Source of the DNA: a virus
Taxonomy: Duplodnaviria > Caudoviricetes
DNA: 27,828 bases
Strand: one strand, 5' to 3'
IMG/VR virus record: IMGVR_UViG_3300004457_000077
Span: 1 to 27,828 of that record
Shown here in pieces: positions 19,393 through 27,226 of the stretch (positions are counted from its first letter, which is position 1; every line of letters begins with the position of its first letter). The notes below the pieces were generated by a model, which was not told the origin of the DNA, searched no databases, and worked only from the letters and a program-made list of their open reading frames with translations. The position numbers were made by a program, and so were the translations under genes.

Positions 19393-20334
19393 ATGACTTC
19401 ATCTACAGATACTTTAGTAAGAAAACCCATCCTTCAAATGGATTTGGTGAATAAAAATATTTTAATTGCACCAGCAGAAAATTTAGACATTAATAACGCT
19501 GCTTCTTTGCTTAAAGCGCAAGTTTCTGATGAATTAATTGCAGAATTCTTTTCTAAAATTGATTCTTTTTGGCATACAGCAGAGGATGAGTTGCAATTCT
19601 TTTGCTATTATAATGATGGTACATATTATGCACAACGTAATAGACAAAGATATGATTTTAACTCAGATTCTGTTTATTGGAGTGATTACCACTTTAAAGG
19701 AGGAAATGCTGATCAAGCAAAAGTAGTATATAATTTAGGAACAGCAATATTTCTTGTTCAAACTGCTGTCAAAAGTATTGCTAGAAAGAAAAAACTTGAT
19801 GGACTTGATAGAGAATATGCTTTTGTTGAGTCGAAGTGGTTAAAGAGAATTAGAGAAAAAAATATGATCTTGTCAGCATCTGACTGGCGTATCCTTCCAG
19901 ATGTTTCAGATTCATATGATGGAGAAAAGCAGCGTTGGATTGACTGGAGAGCAAGAATTAGATCTACTGCTATTCCTAATCCTGATACTTACGATACTAC
20001 ATTAGATTTCATGAAAAGTTTATATGTAAATGTATATCCAATTGATCCTAAAAATTACAGAAAATTGTATCCCAATGACATGCTAGAAGATGGGGTGACA
20101 TCTGCTCCTGCATTTATGGATCCTGATGATGCTAAGCAATGGACAAATTATGACGATGATGCATCATCTGACTTCCTTGATAGTAGAATGATTAATAAGT
20201 TAGCATATGCTAGGGAGAGAGCATCTTCTGTTAAAACAATCAAGAAAGATCTTCTTGATATTATTAAGTCAATGGATATTGAAGCAATATATCCAGATTT
20301 CGATATTAATTTATTTGCTGAAGAAGAGGAATAG
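19393..20334 (+). CDS. Phage tail (fibre) assembly chaperone-domain protein
   Basis: IREKNMILSASDWRILPDV...QRWIDWRARIRS matches the R-N-x-L-L-x-x-S-D-W-x-x-L-P-D...W-x-x-Y/W-R-x-x-L-R pattern of phage tail assembly chaperones. Lies downstream of the fibre genes. Confidence 0.7.
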   Translation: MTSSTDTLVRKPILQMDLVNKNILIAPAENLDINNAASLLKAQVSDELIAEFFSKIDSFWHTAEDELQFFCYYNDGTYYAQRNRQRYDFNSDSVYWSDYHFKGGNADQAKVVYNLGTAIFLVQTAVKSIARKKKLDGLDREYAFVESKWLKRIREKNMILSASDWRILPDVSDSYDGEKQRWIDWRARIRSTAIPNPDTYDTTLDFMKSLYVNVYPIDPKNYRKLYPNDMLEDGVTSAPAFMDPDDAKQWTNYDDDASSDFLDSRMINKLAYARERASSVKTIKKDLLDIIKSMDIEAIYPDFDINLFAEEEE

Positions 20335-20337
20335 AAT

Positions 20338-21009
20338 ATGATATATGAATGTGAGATTCTTAATGAAAAAAGTGTAAAAAATATTAATGAATTATTCGAT
20401 GTAGCACCAGTAAGACAAGGACTAGTTAGCAAAAGAGGTAAAAATGATATAGATGAAACTCAGAAAAAGAGTTTCGCAATGGAACAAACTTCTTCACAAT
20501 TCAGAAAATCATTAGATATTGTTAATACTGCATTACAAGATAGTAATGATTTTTCAGCAACATATATGTTTAAGGACATAACTGTTCCTATTTTTTCTGA
20601 ATATCGTGAAGGAGGTTTTTATGATAAGCATATTGATGATATAAAGATAGCAGGACTTACTACTCATCATAGTATTAGTTTATTTTTAAACTCTCCAGAT
20701 GAATATGGGGGTGGGCAATTAGTTGTCAAGTTTGGAGATCAAGAATATGGATATAAGTGTAAAGCAGGAACTGCTTTAATATATCCTACAGGATTGCTAC
20801 ATCATGTAGAACCTATCACTTCTGGAAGAAGACGAGTTGCACTTATGTGGGGAACTAGTATAATTCGTGAGAATTTCTTGAGATATCAATTGATAGATCT
20901 ATCTAATTCAATTATTAAAGGTATGAAAGAACTACCAGACAATGATGAAGTATTTCTTCCATTTGAACAGATAAGAGCAAACTTTATGAGGGAATATGGA
21001 GATTTATAA
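20338..21009 (+). CDS. 2OG-Fe(II) oxygenase, PKHD-type (PiuC/YbiX-like) hydroxylase
   Basis: FSEYREGGFYDKHIDD (HxD), SISLFLNSPDEYGGGQL, AGTALIYPTGLLHHVEPITSGRRRVALMW, plus a PiuC-like helical tail (SIIRENFLRYQLIDL). Confidence 0.88.
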   Translation: MIYECEILNEKSVKNINELFDVAPVRQGLVSKRGKNDIDETQKKSFAMEQTSSQFRKSLDIVNTALQDSNDFSATYMFKDITVPIFSEYREGGFYDKHIDDIKIAGLTTHHSISLFLNSPDEYGGGQLVVKFGDQEYGYKCKAGTALIYPTGLLHHVEPITSGRRRVALMWGTSIIRENFLRYQLIDLSNSIIKGMKELPDNDEVFLPFEQIRANFMREYGDL

Positions 21010-21511
21010 TAATGTATTTTCTAACATTGATTTCATAGACATTTTGAAAACAATGGCAGAACCAAAGTGGATGTATGGTCATGGTTCTATATCTCCTAAT
21101 ATTGGAGTACCATTTTGGCAAATGGAATTGAGTGATAATGAATTCTTTAGTGAGTATTTACTAAATATCATAAGAGATGTCACAGATGAACCAGATCTTG
21201 TGTTAGAGCGTGTCTATGCTAATGGACATGTATTTGCTGATAAAGCATTACCGCATGTTGATGGACATTATGATGATTGTAGAACTTTTCTACTTTATTC
21301 TAATTCTGAATGGAATCATCTCTGGGGAGGAAAAACATGCTTCTTCAATCGTGATAACACATACACATATGTGAATCCAGAACCTAACATGGCAGTATTC
21401 TTTCCTGGTCAAAGAAAACATTATGCCGAAGAAGTTTCTAGATCATTCACCTCATTAAGAACAACTATTGCTTGGAAGTTAAATGGAGCTAAACGCGAAC
21501 TACGATATTGA
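20996..21511 (+). CDS. 2OG-Fe(II) oxygenase (small cyanophage type)
   Basis: RVYANGH...PHVDG (HxD), TFLLY...WGGKTCF, PNMAVFFPG...HYAEE (distal His), RTTIAWKL (2OG-binding Arg). Confidence 0.88.
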   Translation: MEIYNNVFSNIDFIDILKTMAEPKWMYGHGSISPNIGVPFWQMELSDNEFFSEYLLNIIRDVTDEPDLVLERVYANGHVFADKALPHVDGHYDDCRTFLLYSNSEWNHLWGGKTCFFNRDNTYTYVNPEPNMAVFFPGQRKHYAEEVSRSFTSLRTTIAWKLNGAKRELRY

Positions 21512-21836
21512 TTATCTCACAGACTTTATTGGTCAGTCTGCACTGACACAAGAGAAAAGTGTGATATTCTTACGTTCTACTGGATGGAACAGTAGTAGTA
21601 ATGTTGATGCTATCAATGCATCTGTAGCAAAATATAGATTAGTATTACCTCTAGATATTCTTACAGCATTACAGCAGTCTGAATTTACTTTTATTATGAA
21701 TGATAATGTGGAAGAGGCATTAGAGTTTTGTGAAGATGCTTTCCCTTCTAGTCAATCAATAGTAACCACACCTGAGGATTATATCTTTTACGCGGTATAT
21801 GGTCCTAATGGACAAATTCTAGCGGATAACGAATAA
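21483..21836 (+). CDS. Hypothetical protein (117 aa, acidic)
   Basis: ORF overlaps both neighbours in operon fashion; no motif recognised. Confidence 0.7.
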   Translation: MELNANYDIDYLTDFIGQSALTQEKSVIFLRSTGWNSSSNVDAINASVAKYRLVLPLDILTALQQSEFTFIMNDNVEEALEFCEDAFPSSQSIVTTPEDYIFYAVYGPNGQILADNE

Positions 21837-22696
21837 TGTTTTCAGAAGAAGTAAACGTATCTAAGGTTTATAGTCTCAGTAATAGAGAACTATTATATAC
21901 ACATTCTAAGATGTGGGCATCATGCACGGAAGCATATGATGGCATATTTACAACTGAAGCAAATGCAAAGATACAAAAAATATTAGAATACCGATTCGTT
22001 AATGATTCTTTCAGAAACCGCAGTAAAGAAAAGTATATTGATATCTATTATAATGATGCCATTGATAAAATCAGTATCACATTTGCTCAATCTACATCGA
22101 TTTTAAGTATTAATGAGGAGTGGATTAACCTACTAGCACAATTAGATATTAATTCTGACATTAGAGAGACACTAAATGATCTCCATGGTGATGTATCCGG
22201 GTTCATACAAAATATTACATTAGATGTAAATGGTAATACAACAGGATTTACCACAAACAAGATAGAGTTAACCCCTGATTGCCAAACTACTGAATTAGGT
22301 GAATTATATAAGAATCTATCTAATAATACTGCTACTTCAGATTGTAAGATGTGGATAGAGCATCCAAAAGATAGTGATAATACAATTGTTCACACATCTC
22401 GATCTTATTCTCTAAGAAATTATAGTTTCACGTCTTCTAATAACAAAGAGCGTAAGATTACAGTATACAATCCAACAAAAGTAGAAAGAAATAAGCAAGA
22501 GTATGTAAATTACTGGTTAAAGACAGCAACAACACTTAATTTGATTACAGAAGATGATAGTGTATGGATTAAAAGTTTAATCGATCATCAAATGCAGGAA
22601 ATTGATCTGTCTTTTGTATTTGATGCGGATAAGACCCTGATAGATGTGCTAGTATACAAGCGTGAGGTGAAAGAATTTAAAGTTTGGCGAGCATGA
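21836..22696 (+). CDS. Hypothetical protein (286 aa)
   Basis: TAATG overlap with the upstream gene; ends just before a terminator hairpin; no motif recognised. Confidence 0.75.
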   Translation: MFSEEVNVSKVYSLSNRELLYTHSKMWASCTEAYDGIFTTEANAKIQKILEYRFVNDSFRNRSKEKYIDIYYNDAIDKISITFAQSTSILSINEEWINLLAQLDINSDIRETLNDLHGDVSGFIQNITLDVNGNTTGFTTNKIELTPDCQTTELGELYKNLSNNTATSDCKMWIEHPKDSDNTIVHTSRSYSLRNYSFTSSNNKERKITVYNPTKVERNKQEYVNYWLKTATTLNLITEDDSVWIKSLIDHQMQEIDLSFVFDADKTLIDVLVYKREVKEFKVWRA

Positions 22697-22714
22697 CAAT
22701 TAAATAACTGGCAC

Positions 22715-22738
22715 AGGGGGCGGCAACGCCCCTTTTTT
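22715..22738 (+). terminator. Rho-independent terminator closing the structural/oxygenase block
   Basis: GGGGCG-GCAA-CGCCCC stem with a GNRA loop followed by TTTTTT, 18 nt after the stop at 22696. Confidence 0.88.
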
Positions 22739-22739
22739 A

Positions 22740-22748
22740 TGCTATAAT
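22740..22748 (+). promoter_or_regulatory. Extended -10 sigma70-type (early) promoter for the helicase
   Basis: TGCTATAAT (TGnTATAAT), 28 nt upstream of ATG 22777. The -35 position falls in the hairpin and is non-consensus. Confidence 0.7.
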
Positions 22749-22776
22749 TATTGAGTCGTCAGCACCACACCTCGTA

Positions 22777-24018
22777 ATGCAACTCCGCTCTCATCAGCAA
22801 CGCGCTCTCGATGCGATGCAGTTTGCTAGTAAGGGTCAAATCCTTGTTCCTACTGGTGGTGGCAAGACTCTCATTGCTATTATGGATGCTGTTAGGCGTC
22901 TCTGTTCCGCAGATGCTCCGCAGACTATTGTTGTTGTTGCTCCTCGCATCATGCTAGCAACTCAACTATCTTCTGAATACCTTGAGTGTATCACTAATGC
23001 GAATGTCCTTCACGTTCATAGTGGAGAGACAAAGCACTTCAGCACTACTAAGTCTGATCGTATTAACTTGTTTGTACGTATGTGTCAGCATGTAGGTGAG
23101 CACACTATTATCTTCACAACATATCATTCTCTTCCTCGTATCATCGATGCTGGTATCCACATCAATTGCTGTTACTTTGACGAAGCGCATAATGCTGTAC
23201 AGCGTAATCATTTTATTGGTGTTGCTGCTGCTAGTCTGAGTGCTGATGCTGCATATTTCTTCACTGCCACTCCTAAGCATACACGTAAGTCTAATCGTGG
23301 TATGAACAATGGGGAGATCTATGGTGGTGTGTTGTGTAATGTCCCCGCACCAGAATTAGTCAATAGCGGCAGCATTCTTCCTCCAACTGTTATTCCTTTT
23401 GAGGTTGACATCACCCGTGAGAAGGGCGCTGCTGCTTGCACAGGCGATCGTGCCATGCTTCTAGGTGTCGTAGACTCTCTGCCTGAATCACAGGCATCTA
23501 AGATCCTTGTGGCGTCTCCTGCTAGCAAGATTATGGGTGCTTTGCTATTCAAGACAGATATTCTTCATGAATTGAAGGAGCGTGGTTACAGCGTTCTCCA
23601 TATTACCAGTAAGTTTGGTGCTTATGTTGATGACCAGAAAGTCAATCGTCAAGAGTTCTTCAACACATTTGATGCTTGGGGTAAAGATCCTAACAAGAAG
23701 TTTATCATCTTCCACTATAGCATTCTGTCTGAAGGTATCAACGTGCATGGTCTGACACATACTATCATGCTTCGCAATCTTGACATCATTGAGATGGCAC
23801 AGACGATCGGTCGTGTCATCCGCATGAACAAGGATGATGCTGCTGATATTGCATCTGGTAAACTAGTTGCTGGTCAAGTACAATTCTATCGTAAACCCAC
23901 TGGGTTTGTGACAGTGCCTGTATTCAAGAATTATGGTGCTCAGACTATTAAGAGACTCCAGCGTATTGTAGACACTATTTTTGTTGAAGGGCAACCTGCT
24001 ACAAGTCTAGTTGTCTGA
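22777..24018 (+). CDS. SF2 DEAD/DEAH-box helicase (ResIII-like)
   Basis: Q-motif LRSHQ, Walker A PTGGGKT, FTTYHSL, DEAH, FTATPK, LSEGIN, motif VI QTIGRVIR. No appended nuclease domain seen. Confidence 0.92.
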   Translation: MQLRSHQQRALDAMQFASKGQILVPTGGGKTLIAIMDAVRRLCSADAPQTIVVVAPRIMLATQLSSEYLECITNANVLHVHSGETKHFSTTKSDRINLFVRMCQHVGEHTIIFTTYHSLPRIIDAGIHINCCYFDEAHNAVQRNHFIGVAAASLSADAAYFFTATPKHTRKSNRGMNNGEIYGGVLCNVPAPELVNSGSILPPTVIPFEVDITREKGAAACTGDRAMLLGVVDSLPESQASKILVASPASKIMGALLFKTDILHELKERGYSVLHITSKFGAYVDDQKVNRQEFFNTFDAWGKDPNKKFIIFHYSILSEGINVHGLTHTIMLRNLDIIEMAQTIGRVIRMNKDDAADIASGKLVAGQVQFYRKPTGFVTVPVFKNYGAQTIKRLQRIVDTIFVEGQPATSLVV

Positions 24019-24055
24019 TCACCTATATTAACTGAACACTTCATCATCTTCATTC

Positions 24056-24241
24056 ATGGAAACCAACAAGTATCAAAAACGTAAAGATGCACTGGGTCTT
24101 TTTTATGAAAGCGTATTGAAACCAGATAGCAGACTTAGATCATGTGCTCATAACCAAGAATGTTTCAATGAATTAATGGAATGGCGTTCTGAAATCATCA
24201 CATATCTAGATGAGCGTAGAAACCAAGAGTTTTCTACTTGA
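24056..24241 (+). CDS. Small hypothetical phage protein (61 aa)
   Basis: Co-oriented ORF filling the gap after the helicase; resembles small conserved cyanophage proteins from memory only. Confidence 0.7.
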   Translation: METNKYQKRKDALGLFYESVLKPDSRLRSCAHNQECFNELMEWRSEIITYLDERRNQEFST

Positions 24242-24266
24242 CAAGCAAATACATATAAACTATAAT
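24238..24266 (+). promoter_or_regulatory. Perfect-consensus sigma70 (early) promoter
   Basis: TTGACA (24238-24243), 17-nt spacer, TATAAT (24261-24266). Confidence 0.9.
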
Positions 24267-24311
24267 AGAAAGCAGTTACAGCGCCTTCTAGACCACTCTC
24301 AGGAACTTCTT

Positions 24312-24623
24312 ATGGCAGACACCGATTGGACAGCAGAATATGCAAAGCAGCGCAAAGATCGTATGCAAGATGCAATCGATGATTATCTTAATGATGATAA
24401 AATACCAGCACGTCAAACATATGAAGAGATTTTATCTTGTATCGATGATTTGATCAACTATCATAGACAGCATATGGATCGTGCAACTGAACTTAAATCT
24501 CTTATGATGGGTAATCGTGGAGTAGATCTAATCACTTGTGTTGGTAATATTCCTGAGACTCTTGGTCGTGCTGAGTTTCTAGCAGAGAAGGCACGTTGTG
24601 AAGAAGATTTTAAAGGAGAATAA
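24312..24623 (+). CDS. Hypothetical helical protein (103 aa; start revised from 24210)
   Basis: In-frame ATG at 24312 lies downstream of the consensus promoter and is preceded by AGGAAC; the track's longer start would span the promoter. Confidence 0.7.
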   Translation: MADTDWTAEYAKQRKDRMQDAIDDYLNDDKIPARQTYEEILSCIDDLINYHRQHMDRATELKSLMMGNRGVDLITCVGNIPETLGRAEFLAEKARCEEDFKGE

Positions 24624-24624
24624 T

Positions 24625-24876
24625 ATGTGGACACCAGCAAGAGAAATTAAATGGGTAAAGACTGCTCTCAAAAAAGAGTATCTTTATAGTGATGAAGAAC
24701 TTATCCGTATGAAGCGTCGTCTTCGTGATCTTTATAAAATCAAATATGATATGAATAAAGGTGATGGATTTGGAAATGGATATGCTCCTGTTATCGATCT
24801 CACACAAGAATCTCTTCAAAATCAAGCAGATGAGGTTGCCGAAACTATTACTCAACTAGATAAGACATCATTTTAA
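24625..24876 (+). CDS. Hypothetical protein (83 aa; start revised from 24598)
   Basis: AAGGAG ribosome-binding site at 24613-24618 before ATG 24625, right after the upstream stop. Confidence 0.72.
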   Translation: MWTPAREIKWVKTALKKEYLYSDEELIRMKRRLRDLYKIKYDMNKGDGFGNGYAPVIDLTQESLQNQADEVAETITQLDKTSF

Positions 24877-24883
24877 AATACTA

Positions 24884-25063
24884 ATGATTATGGCACACAG
24901 TCAAGACGCTGCTGACGCACTCAACAATGAGGTTAAAGATCTCGTTAAAGATCTTCAAGATCGTAACCAAAATTTAGAAAAGAGAGTTGAAACTTTGTCT
25001 GCCTATATTATTGAACTTAATCAACAGATGAGTGATATGGTGAACAAAGAATATGATGTTTGA
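24884..25063 (+). CDS. Small coiled-coil-like hypothetical protein (59 aa, not in ORF track)
   Basis: Hand translation MIMAHSQDAADALNNEVKDLVKDLQDRNQNLEKRVETLSAYIIELNQQMSDMVNKEYDV; heptad Leu pattern; fills the gap and overlaps the next start. Confidence 0.65.
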   Translation: MIMAHSQDAADALNNEVKDLVKDLQDRNQNLEKRVETLSAYIIELNQQMSDMVNKEYDV

Positions 25064-25286
25064 AATGCTTCAACCAGTAACCTATGGTAATACAAAAGGT
25101 TACATCTCGTTTATATGTGAAGAATACATCTCCATATGCTTTATTGACAGACCTGACCCAACATGTCGTTGGGGTCGCTACAAAACAAATCTCGTAGTTT
25201 ATCGTAATTATTGGAATGAAATTCAAAGTTGTTTACCAAAAGCAGAAGAAGAATGCAAAATCGCACCAAGAAGCAATCTTTTATAA
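25053..25286 (+). CDS. Small hypothetical phage protein (77 aa)
   Basis: Co-oriented, overlapping neighbours in the early gene string. Confidence 0.65.
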   Translation: MMFEMLQPVTYGNTKGYISFICEEYISICFIDRPDPTCRWGRYKTNLVVYRNYWNEIQSCLPKAEEECKIAPRSNLL

Positions 25287-25374
25287 TCTGGACGACGCAA
25301 GTATGTGGGAACAACATATCAACAAGACATTACACTTAAAAACTGACATCATCCCGATCTTTAGTGACACTTGA
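25216..25374 (+). CDS. Small hypothetical phage protein (52 aa, not in ORF track)
   Basis: Hand translation MKFKVVYQKQKKNAKSHQEAIFYNLDDASMWEQHINKTLHLKTDIIPIFSDT; ends just before the terminator hairpin. Confidence 0.6.
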   Translation: MKFKVVYQKQKKNAKSHQEAIFYNLDDASMWEQHINKTLHLKTDIIPIFSDT

Positions 25375-25386
25375 TGAACTGGTTGG

Positions 25387-25411
25387 GGAGGGTTGACACC
25401 CTCCTTTTTTT
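25387..25411 (+). terminator. Rho-independent terminator hairpin overlapping a promoter -35 box
   Basis: GGAGGGT-TGAC-ACCCTCC, a 7-bp stem, followed by T7. Confidence 0.85.
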
Positions 25412-25421
25412 ATGCCATACT
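25393..25421 (+). promoter_or_regulatory. sigma70-type (early) promoter for the nuclease-methylase pair
   Basis: TTGACA (25393-25398), 17 nt, CATACT (25416-25421), with TG at the extended -10 position. Confidence 0.75.
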
Positions 25422-25442
25422 ACTTGTATTGAGACACACACC

Positions 25443-26009
25443 ATGCACATTTCTGACGTTCCTAACGCCATTCGTGTTGGTGAGATCACTCACGGCACCA
25501 CTGCTTACTCTGGTCCCAAGCATGTTCTTTACAAGACCAAACTTGTGATGAACTATGATGTCAGTTTCCCTAAGAATCTGAAGAGCAAGCATGTGTCTCT
25601 CGTCTACATTTTGTGTGTAGATGGAGAAATCTACAAGATTGGTCAATCTTCTACGAAGAGTGGCATTCAAGGTTGTATGGGTTTCTATCTCAATGCTGGT
25701 CAAGATGACCCTGGCATCAATCGCTTTGCTATCAACTGGTTCATGCGTGATGAACTGGACAAGGGCAACAAAGTTGAGGTTTACATGATCTACATGGACC
25801 CCATTGTAGTTGAAGTTCCTGGTTTGTTCAAGTCTCAGCAAGTGAGTGTACCTGTCAGTGCTAAAGGTATTGAGGAAAACTGCTTGATGCAGTATAATAC
25901 TATTGAAGGATGCTATCCTAAGTGGAACTATCAAGAGACTGGCGTTTCTCTTCCTGATTCCATTCATGAAGCGTTCGGGCAGTACAAAATCGATCGTAAG
26001 ACTAAATGA
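25443..26009 (+). CDS. GIY-YIG superfamily endonuclease, Hpy188I-like (188 aa; start revised from 25371)
   Basis: LVYILCVDGEIYKIGQS (the LVY...KIG variant of GIY-YIG, as in R.Hpy188I), KVEVYMI, SAKGIEENCL (metal-binding Glu helix), YPKWNYQ. ATG 25443 lies downstream of the promoter. Confidence 0.72.
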   Translation: MHISDVPNAIRVGEITHGTTAYSGPKHVLYKTKLVMNYDVSFPKNLKSKHVSLVYILCVDGEIYKIGQSSTKSGIQGCMGFYLNAGQDDPGINRFAINWFMRDELDKGNKVEVYMIYMDPIVVEVPGLFKSQQVSVPVSAKGIEENCLMQYNTIEGCYPKWNYQETGVSLPDSIHEAFGQYKIDRKTK

Positions 26010-26893
26010 AGACACCTATTCGCTATGCTGGCGGTAAAAGTAAAGCATACAATATTATTACAGAGCATCTTCCTAAGACAGATCGTATTGTGTCACCATT
26101 TATCGGTGGTGGTTCATTAGAATCACGCTGGTCAAGTGAACTAGACATAAATGTTATCGGATTTGATGTATTTCCTGCTCTAGTTAACTTCTGGGTGGTT
26201 CTATTGAGGGAACCAGATGCATTGGCAGATGCTCTACAACTCATTGAACCAACCAAAGAAAAGTATGCTGAGATCAAAGAGCAACTAATTTGTTGGGATT
26301 ATACTCAAGAAATGCTCAAGGACTGGAAGACAGACTATTACAAGCGTGATCCAATCCGTCTTGACAATATCACTTCCGCAGCATATTACTACTACAACCA
26401 CAATCTATCCTATGGTCCAATGTATCTGGGATGGATGAGTAAGATCTACCAAGATCAAAAGAAGTGGGACAATATGGTCAAGAAGATTCGTAACTACAAG
26501 AATCCGAATCTCAGTGTATATGAGGCATCTTTTGAAGATGTCCTGCCTTCTTACGATACTGATTTCTTGTATCTTGATCCTCCATACTATTTGAAGAAGG
26601 ATAAGGATAACAAGATGCTCAAGGGCATGTATCCAAATTGTAACATTGATGTCCACCACACTGGGTTTGATCATGCTATACTGAGAGACCTACTACACTC
26701 ACACAAGGGTACGTTTATTCTTTCTTACAACAATTGCGAGACTATTCGTGAGTGGTATAGTGACTTCGAGTTATACTATCCCGAGTGGCACTACTCTTAT
26801 CAACTAGGAGAGACACGCATTGGTGATAATCGTATCGCCAATAACACTGACAACACCAAAGAATCACACGAAATCCTTATTATCAAACGATGA
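26006..26893 (+). CDS. dam: DNA N6-adenine methyltransferase, Dam/D12 family (target sequence unknown)
   Basis: TPIRYAGGKS, SPFIGGGSLE (SAM-binding motif I), FLYLDPPY (motif IV), FDHAILRDLL, FILSYN, HEILI. ATGA overlap with the nuclease gene. Confidence 0.92.
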   Translation: MKTPIRYAGGKSKAYNIITEHLPKTDRIVSPFIGGGSLESRWSSELDINVIGFDVFPALVNFWVVLLREPDALADALQLIEPTKEKYAEIKEQLICWDYTQEMLKDWKTDYYKRDPIRLDNITSAAYYYYNHNLSYGPMYLGWMSKIYQDQKKWDNMVKKIRNYKNPNLSVYEASFEDVLPSYDTDFLYLDPPYYLKKDKDNKMLKGMYPNCNIDVHHTGFDHAILRDLLHSHKGTFILSYNNCETIREWYSDFELYYPEWHYSYQLGETRIGDNRIANNTDNTKESHEILIIKR

Positions 26894-27030
26894 ACTACAC
26901 TCTCGACATTGACTACAACGAAGTTCTAGAATACGAAGATCGTCAAAAGACTCTACATATGGCAGAGTATTATATGCCAAGTAATGAAATCTATGAAGTC
27001 CTCCCCGAAGATCTCCTCGATGAATTCTGA
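26890..27030 (+). CDS. Small acidic hypothetical protein (46 aa, not in ORF track)
   Basis: ATGA overlap with the methylase stop; MNYTLDIDYNEVLEYEDRQKTLHMAEYYMPSNEIYEVLPEDLLDEF. Confidence 0.6.
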   Translation: MNYTLDIDYNEVLEYEDRQKTLHMAEYYMPSNEIYEVLPEDLLDEF

Positions 27031-27214
27031 TGACCCCGAGATGTTATCCATTGAATTAACAATTGATGAGATTAAATTTCTCATTGATTGTATGTGGGGA
27101 CATTCACGACATGACACTCAAGCACTTGCATTTAGACATAATATCAGTGATGCAGTTTTAGAATCACGTCTATCACACATTGTTGCTGATTCAGTAGCAA
27201 AGAAAAGCATTTAG
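27020..27214 (+). CDS. Small hypothetical protein (~64 aa; start uncertain: 26984, 27020 or 27041)
   Basis: Co-oriented ORF with SIELTIDEIKFLIDCM; ATG 27020 gives a short overlap with the upstream gene. Confidence 0.6.
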   Translation: MNSDDPEMLSIELTIDEIKFLIDCMWGHSRHDTQALAFRHNISDAVLESRLSHIVADSVAKKSI

Positions 27215-27226
27215 TATTTTACAATT

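Noticed and set aside
25410-26015. 201-aa minus-strand ORF antisense to the GIY-YIG gene
   Set aside because: No motif, against the uniform + orientation, and the + strand frame has catalytic motifs, a promoter and translational coupling.
22777-26893. Helicase + nuclease + methylase as one type III or DISARM-like system
   Set aside because: The helicase is ~1.4 kb away, separated by two promoters and a terminator, and has no nuclease domain; the methylase is D12/Dam class rather than Mod class.
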